Source: Hormiphora californensis (taxonomy: Eukaryota; Animalia; Ctenophora). Taken from it: a stretch of 64,000 bases of DNA. The position numbers and the translations under genes are program-made. Positions 54,801-64,000 of this stretch are shown here, piece by piece. The DNA is taken from assembly GCA_020137815.1 (NCBI GenBank), contig CM035358.1, positions 620,001 through 684,000 of the forward strand, read 5' to 3'. How positions within the stretch are numbered: the first letter of the stretch is position 1; every line of letters starts with the position of its first letter. The notes beneath the pieces are model-generated. The model did not search any database. It was not told where the DNA came from and was given only the letters and a program-made list of their open reading frames with translations.

Positions 54801-56530
54801 CCCGTGTGCAAAGATCAGGCCAAAATTTGGCTAAAAAGGCAACTAATTGAAATCAACTAATTTATTTCAATTATCAAAGCTAAAACCACTCTACGTGACT
54901 AATTTTGATATACTGAACAACGTGAGCAACTTTTTGAGGTCGAAAAAGTGTCTTAATTGGGCATAATTGGGTCTAATTGACCAGAGTTACAATTTTTCTC
55001 CCGTAAAAGCTATGTTTGGAACTTTTCAACACTACTTTAAACAAATTAATTTGAGCCCGATGAAGAGGTAGATCCTCGAAACTTGTTGCGACATTATACC
55101 CGTCTGGTTCATTTGTTCAGCCGCAGAGAGAATATCAAAAACTCTGACTATCAAACATGAGGCTAATAAACAGTTATCCGATCACCCAACTGTCTACAAA
55201 TGTTTTACACATCAATTATACATGTCATAGGGTATAATAATGGTGACAATAATTAGTGGCTGAGAGTGAAAAATTATTGATTTGTTTATTTTGTCGTTTT
55301 TTTTCTATCCTGCGATAGATTAAATATCATACATAACATGAGTGATTCCCAAAACTCATTAAGAAGGGTGAAACATCACACCCCCATATCTACTCACTGA
55401 AGGGGGAGGTGCTGAGAGCTGTTGTGACAAAGAGACAGTGAGTTTATTACCTTCAATGAACACATTCATCTTTTTTGTTTATGATGAAAATTGAAAACGA
55501 CTTAAACTTAAATTGCTCAGACATTCGAGGAAAAATTGTAACCCTGGTGGGGGGGGGTAATCATGGTGACAAATGGTGACAAATGGTGATAAATGGTGAC
55601 TCATCTGACCATTTAGGGTATGTCACCATCACCATTTGTCACCATTTGTCACCATTCGTCTCCATTTGTCACCATTTGTCTCCATTTGTCACCATATTTT
55701 GACGGAATATGTGGATTTCGGCAGAATTTCTTTGAATTTTTTTAAGAAATTTGATAAAATTTATTAATTTCCTTAGACCGATATATTTGTTCATAAGTTG
55801 TTAACATGGCCATTCCGGATCGTCTAGTAGTGTTTTGGACTACTAAAACTTCCCAAAAGTCACGTTGAGGGTGTACCTCCCTCGCACAACACATAAAAGC
55901 GCAATTAACCACCTGTGACCCCTTAATTACATCCAATCGACTTGAAACTTGGTAGAAGTGTGGTTGAGTAGGCTGTAGTGTCCCTAAAATGACATGATGA
56001 AGTCCCTGGGGAATATAAAATAGAGTGGTTCTATTGGGCAAAATGAATCACATGTAATGTCACATGACCCCGTTTTAACCAATGACAGGATCTCTAACCG
56101 AAGCCATAACAATACTATTGTGCAACAAAACGGCCATGGGAAAGTTTTAAAAACTTTGAGGAGCTTGAGCACCGCGGTGATTATCATCACCTCATTATCC
56201 TGTAGACCCCCTTTCGTCGCCATGGTAACAATGGTACGGGGCTCAAGCTCTTCATTTTGTTGTAGCCTCTATATTCCCCGTCAACTTACGGCTGATAAAC
56301 AAGTTCGTCATCAATAGAAAAGAAGTGCATGGTGTGTTTCTGTTGAGGCTTGGACCGGAGCGTGGCAAAATATAACCGATCTGGAAGGGACAAATAGATT
56401 AGTTGAATTGAACCCAAATAATGTTGTAACGTTTATTACAAACATAAATAGCTGCATTACCTTCGATAAATTCTTGTGCGTTGATAATTTCCCTTCCCTC
56501 TCGGTCGAGGGTGGCAAAGGTCATGTTCAT
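41039..56530 (-). CDS. CDC14: Dual-specificity protein phosphatase CDC14, multi-exon
   Basis: [13 protein letters not shown] (~56360-56480), [51 protein letters not shown], catalytic [10 protein letters not shown] (~46640-46670), [17 protein letters not shown]. The low-complexity 3' exons and stop at 41039 are less certain. Confidence 0.95.
44407..44490. repeat. (GA)n microsatellite; similar (GA/TC)n tracts at ~43901, 45846, 48043, 48794 and 60621
   Basis: Directly visible. Confidence 0.95.
50143..50508. repeat. Tandem duplication of a ~170-190-bp unit containing 24-bp subrepeats
   Basis: atcaagtgtatagcagtggattgagtagtgaattga...gatattttctca occurs twice; subrepeat copy number differs between units. 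Confidence 0.9.
52341..53830 (-). mobile_element. ORF1-only non-LTR retroelement (L2/CR1-type ORF1) in CDC14 intron 2; 5' boundary approximate
   Basis: ORF 52634..53719 (likely ATG 53683): coiled coil, then [41 protein letters not shown], typical of LINE ORF1. No ORF2 follows; ~290-nt 3' region ends in a hairpin and (TGAT)n. Confidence 0.75.
54491..56269. mobile_element. Non-autonomous DNA transposon, 310-bp TIRs, 6-bp TATATT target duplication
   Basis: TIRs 54491-54800 and 55960-56269 (mirror ORFs translate identically). TATATT at 54485-54490 and 56270-56275. No transposase ORF. Internal inverted arrays of AAATGGTGAC at ~55562-55694. Confidence 0.92.
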
Positions 56531-56983
56531 GATTCAAGAGGGTTAAAAAGGTGTCGTCACCGCATTCTAGATACCAATATGATGGAGTTAACAATTGATA
56601 TAAATGAAGAGATACACAATGTTTGTTAACATGCTATAAAGAAGAGAGAAAAACAAATCGGACAACTCATACAAGCATACAGTTCACACAGATGAAATAT
56701 ATAAAGAAGATAAAAAGAATAAAACATTCAGATAGTTGCCAGCTTACAAGATAAAAACAGCTAGTAGAAAACACGCATACACAGAGGATAAAAACATTGA
56801 TGCTTTTCTTTCATTTGTTTATTTGGTCCGTTAACCGTCACTAACTAATTGACACTAAATAATTAAAACATAAAAAGTGGACATGCATTTATGAACGATA
56901 AAAACAGTGTTCAAACCAGTTACCTAAACCCATGCCATAAAAAGTGTCACAATGTCCCGCATTAACCCGTATCCAGCTGTAGC

Positions 56984-57914
56984 CTACTCCTTTTTATATT
57001 CACGTGTTTGTCGGAATGTTTTCATCAGATCATTACCAAGCAGAGTACAAAACTGCCTAAACACCCTGCACTCCATAAACCATCTCATAGCCAGCACTGG
57101 AGCAGTAACTCTCGGCAGAATCAGCTCATCTCTCTCTTCTTTCATCGCAGTTACAATCTGGTCCGCGACCCATGAAGGCTGCAGCAGGGGGAAGAGGTTA
57201 GACATTTTCACAGTAGCACCATTGAACATTCCAGTATCAGTAAAATGTGGGAAGACTGTAGTCAGCTTTACTGTTGAAATTCCCATGAAATCGAGGTCCA
57301 TCTGGAGGCACCTAGCGAACCCAGTTACAGCGTGTTTAGAAGCAGCGTAGCTTGTCATGAAGGGGGCTGTAACAAGACCAGCTATTGAGGAGACAAAGAC
57401 TACATGACCTCCATCCCTTATCATATCATCCAGCCACAATTTGGTCATGTTCATTGCCCCCATTGCATTCACATTCATTACAAATGCCATTTCCCTGAGA
57501 CTTTCCTCCGGTAGTAGTTTTCCAACGACAACGCCAGCATTGTTGATAAGGTAGTCCAGTTTAGGGCACGTTTTCTTGATTTCCTTTTGTAGGGACTCGA
57601 GAGCAGGAACAGATGATATATCACAAGTGTAGGTGTAGATTGTACACTTTCTGTCAGCAAATTCCGCCTTGTTTAGATCATTTTTAGCCGTATTCACGTC
57701 CACCAGATGTAAAGTATTTCCATCACAAGCCAAGGAGACTGACTATTTCCTTTCCGATTCCCTGGGCTGTACCAGTGATTAAGATATGTGCATTTTTGAT
57801 TTCTTTTCTCGGTCTATTTCGAAACACCATGTAGATCAGCTCTCTGATGACCGTTGATATCCATAACCAGACGAACAAAACGTTTTCGATGGCGAAGTCT
57901 AAAGCAAACGACAT
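56984..57914 (-). CDS. Short-chain dehydrogenase/reductase (SDR16C / RDH10 / HSD17B11-like), intronless; one +1 break near 57733
   Basis: ILITGTAQGIG, YTCDIS, LINNAGV, VSSIAG, YAASKHA (YxxxK), VFPHFTDTGMF. The two ORFs are offset by +1. Confidence 0.9.
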
Positions 57915-57989
57915 CGCTAAGATGCGTTTTGTGAAACTATAATTTTTGTTAAAAATGTCAAAAAAATTTAAAAATGAACTCAATCCTAT

Positions 57990-58720
57990 AGTACCCTATG
58001 TAACTCGATTAAACTTGATGGAACGGGGAACCCCTGCAGCCTGCAGTGGCGGCCGCGGGAGGCTTACTAACAGAGCTTTCCCAAGAATTTCTTGCAAAGA
58101 GCATGCTCTTGCTGTGTTACCGATGGAATGAGTCAAAGGTTTAAAGCAGAATAAAAGGATTAAGGAAGCGGGCTCCGAAAAACGTTTTCAAATTTAAGTT
58201 TCTAAAAGGAAACTTCGCGATCGCGATCGCGTTCGAGCTGTTTTATTTCCGAAATCTTTTTGTCTGCTGCCCGTTTTGAAAACAAATGTAACGCGCGAAA
58301 CAAATTTCATATTGCGTTGCCAAAGATCGCGCGCAATGAATTTAAATCAAATAATTTTTGAACAAGTTTTTTTCTTCTAAATTTTAAAAACTGTTCCCGA
58401 AATTTAAATTTCACCGGTTTTCACCGTTTTTGTGCCCCACCAGTGCTCAAATTACATAGAAATGCAACAATATTTGTCAAATAATGTACTGTTAACCATC
58501 TATTGATGTTTTGTCACCCAAAGGATTACTTTAAACCACCCAAATGGTTCCACCCACTACCCAGAGCGTGACCAATTGAAGAAAACTATCTTCAAATCGC
58601 TGCACCTACTCTAGCGCTTAAATCTTCGCTTTGAAGTTTTCATGGGCCATCAATGGTTATTATTTATGTCCACTTTTGCCACTAATTTTGAAATTTAAAA
58701 TTTACAACTTTAGAATCAAT
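57990..58720. promoter_or_regulatory. Probable bidirectional promoter between divergent SDR and CDC73
   Basis: Divergent starts ~820 nt apart; locally CpG-rich (cgcgatcgcgatcgcg at ~58217). Position-based inference. Confidence 0.45.
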
Positions 58721-58733
58721 TTTCTTAGATACC

Positions 58734-60616
58734 ATGGCAGATCCATTGACGTTACTCCGGCAGTTTAACTCGAATAAGCGTGAAATCCAAGAGCGAGATG
58801 ATCAGATTGTTTTTGGAGAGTTTGCGTATCTGAAAAATGTTAAGACAAACTACATGGTGTACAAGGCCGGGGAGAGTGCGACGAAAGATTACTACACATT
58901 GGAAGCCCTTCACTTTATTCTCAAGAATGTCAGTATTCCCCATCCTATTTATGTCCAGAAAGCAGCTGCAGCAAAGGTCCCTGTGGTGAATCGAGTAGAC
59001 AGAAAGGCTCTATTGGCATATCTCAATGGCGATACAGACACATCTGCTAGCATTGACAAAAGTGCTCCTCTAGAGTTAGGAGCGAGTAGGTCCGCCCCAG
59101 TTAAACGGCCAAATGATACGGGGGATGGGAGTGAAGTTAAAAAGGCACGGATAGAGCTAGCCGATGTGCAGAGTAGTCTGGAGAAAACGGCAGCGAAATA
59201 CACAGCCCGGACCGAGCCGGCCATTGGCGGTGTCACAGCCCCTGAATCGGGGTCCACCATCAGCGAGGCAATCAGCGTGGAAACCATTGCAGCAATAAAA
59301 GCAAAGAGGTTTGCCAAGAAGAGGAGCACGATAAGGGGTGTGAATGAGGAGGAAGCCCCAGTAGCAGCCCCTCTACCAGAACCCCGGGGATCCTTCCTAG
59401 ACTCCCAGATTGATGTTACTAGGGACATTGTGAGCAAGGAGCGGTCTCTGAGGAACCGTAACAATGTGTTACAGAGTGTGGGTCGCACTTTCACCAACAT
59501 TCTCTCCATTCTACAAGTTAAGAGCAGAGCTGAGCCGAGCAGGGCACCCTCCAACAGTACATCTCATCACCAAGAGGAAAAGGGCCGGCAGATGCCGCCT
59601 AAGAGCTACAGTCGTTACGATCAGGAGAGATTTAGAGCGGAGAAGGAAACAGAGGAGTTCAAGATCGATACGCTGGGTGGTTTTGCTAGTATGAAACAGC
59701 AGAATACCCCAGCTGCTGCCCCTTCATCCAGCAACAACAACCGATCAAACAGTCACAATCACCATCAACAAAAGGATCGGTCGAACAGCGGACATCCGAG
59801 ATCAGCGGTCCAGGCGAAAAATCCGAAACGAGGTAACATTCCAGCTTCTTTCCACATTTTTAATGAGAAGTTTTAATTTGCCTAGCTCTACCCTCTTTCC
59901 GTGCACTCCGCCCGCTCTTTACAAATGTAAAGGAGGGTTAGAACATAACAAGTTTAATACGAATATCTTTTTTTCAGAGTCCAAGACACCTATTGTAATT
60001 GTGCCAGCGTCCATCAGTTCTCTTATAAATCTATACAACGTCCGAGATTTCCTTCAAGATAACAGGTAACGCATCAATTCATATTTTGTTTCTCAATTCT
60101 TTCTTTTTCTCTCTCTCTCTCTCTCTTACTCATATCTCTCTCCCAGCCCTCACTTCACACTCTCACTAGATTTGTGACTGCCCGGGAAAAGGAGATGCAG
60201 GGTTACAGGAAACAGAACGAGGTGACGATATCGAGAAAACGTGATCTGGTAGAGATGAATGCTCTCAGGGGACACGCCGCACCCGTTACTGAAAATCAGG
60301 TGAAGATCTCTAACTAATTTATTGTTACCGACTGCCGACTGGCTATAAATGATTTATTGTTGTTAACTAATTCCTCCTAATTTCAGATTGTCACTGTTCC
60401 GTATCGGATAGTTGATAATCCACTGAGACTGGAACGTAAGGACTGGGAGCGAGTTGTTGCTGTGTTTGTTGCCGGGCCTGCTTGGCAGTTTAAAGGGTGG
60501 CCGGGCCTTCTTCCTGACGGTAGCCCTGTCAATATTTTCACCAAGATGAAGGTATTTTGACTGCCAGAATTTTTATCTAGTCAGTATACACTATACATAT
60601 ATCCGTTATCTAGCTT

Positions 60617-60654
<38 letters not shown>

Positions 60655-60677
60655 TCTCTCTCTCTCTCTCTCTCTAC

Positions 60678-60708
<31 letters not shown>

Positions 60709-61017
60709 TCTCTCTCTACCTCACACCTACACACACTCCCAGGCGTTTCACCTAAAGTTTGAGGAGGTAGCGATGGATAAGAATGTACTAAAGTGGGATG
60801 TAACCTTACTAACTGTCAGCAAGAACAAGCGACATCTCGATTCTGTATCTGCACTCAAATTCTGGGAAGAACTAGACAAGTAAGTGTTCCATAATTACGT
60901 CTCTTGATTACTATTATGTATGTAGTGTTCCACATATAATAATATGACTATATCTCTCCCTTAGTTGTCATTTTCTTCAGATTCATCGTCAAGAATAAGA
61001 GGCATTTACGATTCTAG
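58734..61017 (+). CDS. CDC73: Parafibromin (PAF1 complex), 6 exons
   Basis: [63 protein letters not shown], ending KRHLRF*. Confidence 0.97.
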
Positions 61018-61369
61018 CGGAACAGAGAAACAGACTCTATAACACCTTTCTCCTTTTTCACTGTTTTGATCTGCAAAGAGGACAATTTATTATCACTTAA
61101 TTTCAGACACCATGTACTAAGCATTTACAACGAAATTGCCATCTTAACTTTGAAAAATGCTGCAAGTTACTCCTGCACTTTTTTACCCCACTCCCGCCTA
61201 TATAATATAATAATTTACAGTGTCTTGTACTACCACCACTTGACCCCTCTATCTCACTAACACCACTTGACCCCAGCTCTATCTCATTAACACCACTTGA
61301 CCCCAGCTCTATCTCACTAACACACCTGTATTAACACCACTTGACCCCTCCCTCTATTTAGGATGCGCC

Positions 61370-62058
61370 ATGTTCGCGTGTCTGATAGCAGGACAACTAC
61401 CTAACACAGAGTTTGTGCGTGTTACTGAAACACAGTTCATTTGCAATGTTACAGTGGTAGCTGGAACACACCACATTGTAGTTTTTACTACTGAACCATT
61501 CCCAGATGGATATGGGGGTAAGTAGGGGAGAAGTGGGATTGGGGGGGGGGGGGATATGAATTATGAGCAATGGGGTAAGTGGGGGAGATGAAATTATGAT
61601 ATTACAACTACATCTAATTCACCCATCTATGTCCAGGAGCGATATATTTCAACTGGCCCAATCCTGAACCAGTTTGGCAGTACCTCGGCTACATAACAAA
61701 CGACAAACCTTCTGCAATATTCAAAGTATCCAAGGGATCCACGGCACCCTCTTTGGCGGTGTTTGGTGGTGCTAGCACCAACTCCCAGCTGCCCCAACTA
61801 GGTGTCATGGTGACGCCCCTCAGTGAGCTGGCCCAGATGACAGCAGTCAGCGAGAATAAGTCTCTGAGTGTGGCCAGTAACGTTCAGTTTGTACAGAACA
61901 TGTTGGAGAACCTTTACAATTATCTCACTAGTTTCTCAGTGACTCAAAGTGAGATGACACCCTGTACTGATAGTTGGGTTAAAATAAACCATCTTAACGG
62001 GTGGTATGAACGTTTCAAATCACGGATGAGCAATGATCCTGACTTTTGGAAAAAGTGA
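61370..62058 (+). CDS. HIKESHI: Hikeshi (Hsp70 nuclear import carrier, OPI10 family), 2 exons (61370-61517, 61637-62058)
   Basis: MFACLIAGQL, HIVVF, PFPDGYGGAIYFNWP, WQYLGYITNDKPSAIFKV, WYERFKSRMSNDPDFWK. Confidence 0.95.
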
Positions 62059-62269
62059 CAGTTTTATTTATCACACGTCGTAACTTATTTATTTTGTAAT
62101 CTCTTTTTTTGAAGAATCACGGTTTTCCTATTTTCGGTACCCCATCTCTCAGTTCTCACCTTCCCCTATAATATTCCACTGTTGATCTACCAGCCATTTC
62201 TTTAATTAACTAATTAACTAATTAACTAATTAACTAATGATACTAATGATATTGTAGCCCCTGTAGAAG

Positions 62270-62651
62270 ATGGGCTCACGTACGGAACCTCCTGATAAAG
62301 ATTACTCCTATCCCCTACTGCAATGATATCTCAAAGTACGAGAAGATCTTCAAAATAGGACAGGGAACTTTCGGAGAAGTCTTCAAAGCTCGGGAAAATG
62401 TAAGTAGAAGAATAACAGTGAACACGCCCCCTCAGCTCCATCCTGCCCCGTTATTAAACAATTTGGCAAGCTTGTAAGGATGGTTCATATTTTACTAAGT
62501 TTTATCTCCTATTTGTAGTGTCAGGGAGGGAAGGTAGTTGCACTCAAGAAGATTCTTATGGAGAATGAGCAAGAGGGGTTCCCAATCACCGCACTCAGAG
62601 AGATCAAGATCTTACAGTTATTAAGGACATGAGAATATCGTTACACTATAC
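62270..62651 (+). CDS. CDK9: Cyclin-dependent kinase 9, first two exons (continues beyond window); two +1 breaks
   Basis: [31 protein letters not shown]; [35 protein letters not shown]. Extra base at ~62312-62315 and ~62624-62627. Confidence 0.92.
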
Positions 62652-62655
62652 GTGA

Positions 62656-64000
62656 AGTACTAATTTAGAGCAAAAACTAATTGAAATTAGTTCGCCAGAA
62701 AGGTGGCCCATTTTGAACTTACTCCTTCATTTCTGTCACCTTTGAGTTGAGTCTTCAAAGACATTGAGGTATCCGTAAACTTTTCCGCCTTAAACTCAAA
62801 GGTGACGGAAATGAAGGAGTAAGTTCAAAATGGGCCACCTTTCTGGCGAACTAATTTCAATTAGTTTTTGCTCTAAATTTGTACTCTTTTTTGGTCGTTT
62901 GAGGTCATTTATGACCTCAAACAACTAAGATAATTGTCAACTAAAGTGTTCAAATGTAATTCAAATGTATCCTGGGTTGTAGAAAACTGATTTGACGAAA
63001 TTTTCAAAATTCGACGTCGTTTTGACGTCGTGACGTCACATGTGACGTCACGACGACGTAAAAAATTATGGCAGACTATTTGGCCAATGAAGCACTAAAC
63101 GTGTGAAAAGTTTTAAAGGCCATGGTAGTCAAGAACTGAAGTTATTGCACGAAATATGAGTTTTTTCGTGGATTTTCACATCAAATTTTTGAGTTCCGAC
63201 GCGTTTTAAGGTCTAAAAATGACAAGTTAGAGAAATTCGCTATATAGTATCTGAAAGTTCAGACAATTTGCCACTAACGATTTTCCGTCAAATCAGGAAT
63301 CAGAATACGTCTTGAGGGTGTTAGAGGCGTTTGAAAATATTTGGTCTGAGATTTTTCAATGACGTCACTTTGTGACGTCACTACGGTCGTCATAGTGGCT
63401 ATTTTCACTTGAAACCTTAACTAATGCATGCCCCGAACGATTTCCTAACGGATAAAACTTGGTTCAAGTCTCTAACTAGTATGGTTCGGGCTACAAGTGT
63501 TACACAGTGAAGCGTCTATATCTATATATCTATATATCTATCTATCTATCTATCTATCTATTAAGTCATGGAAATGTTGTCAAAAACTGCCCGAACCTAG
63601 AAATCATTAGGGGCAAGCTAATTTTTGCACAATCCGATAGTCAATAGGCCCCTGAACCACCAAAAAAAAGTCCCAAGCCCAACTCCTGGGGGAAGTGCCC
63701 CTAATTGGCCCTAATTGATTACAGTGTATTTGTAACCATCAATTAAATCGTAAATCGTCTTAGGAAAGGAGTAGAGGGAAAACCAAGGGCACTAAAGTGT
63801 TCAGCGTCCTCGCATTAGTGGGGGTAGGTGCTGGAATTAAGTCTCTATCTCATCTGGTTAATTAGATAATTGGATAATTAGGTTTGCACAGAGCCGTTTT
63901 TTGGCTACATGGCTATAGCCACTTAGGAAAAGAGTAGAGACAAAACCGAGGGCACTAAAATGATCAGCGTCCTCGAATTAGTGGGGGTAGGTGCTAAAAT
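62656..64000. mobile_element. Hairpin-rich repetitive or transposon-like insertion in CDK9 intron
   Basis: ~90-bp inverted arms 62656-62748 and 62793-62885; palindromes gaggtcatttatgacctc and cgtgacgtcacatgtgacgtcacg; direct repeat at ~63788 and ~63949. Confidence 0.55.

Noticed and set aside
54470-56317. Duplicated small ORFs (MATKGGLQ..., MSHDPVLT...)
   Set aside because: They are mirror translations of the two TIRs, with no protein-like features.
9430-62651. Euplotes-type frameshifting at AAA-stop
   Set aside because: No AAA-stop motif at the breaks, and conserved residues (CDK9 PYC and HEN, kinase DLF and ENIL) put the shift before the stop codon.

Overview
Eukaryotic (animal) nuclear DNA: gene-dense, short GT-AG introns, many (GA)n microsatellites. 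The style suggests a ctenophore-like compact invertebrate genome, but that is inference only. Recognisable genes in order: TBC Rab-GAP with a C-terminal propeller (+, 5' truncated), astacin protease (-), SEC16 (-) with a nested same-strand PIM/PASK-like kinase, FAM114A (-), an unknown propeller-like gene (-), DUS4L (-), SSX2IP/ADIP-like (+) with a nested antisense membrane-protein gene and a 23-bp satellite, a small secreted protein (-), a CAP/SCP protein (-), CDC14 (-) whose intron 2 holds an ORF1-only LINE-like element and a 310-bp-TIR element, an SDR (-), then CDC73, HIKESHI and CDK9 (+, 3' truncated). Main oddities: (1) about 11 reading-frame breaks in 7 genes, all +1, including two in CDK9 (sequencing insertion errors are the leading explanation); (2) tightly packed same-strand gene runs with a splice acceptor just before each ATG (candidate trans-spliced operons); (3) the ORF1-only retroelement with a 3' stem-loop and repeat tail; (4) recurrent palindromes with 1-nt spacers; (5) clustered RFX X-box-like motifs. 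Exon coordinates were read by eye and may be off by a few bases.
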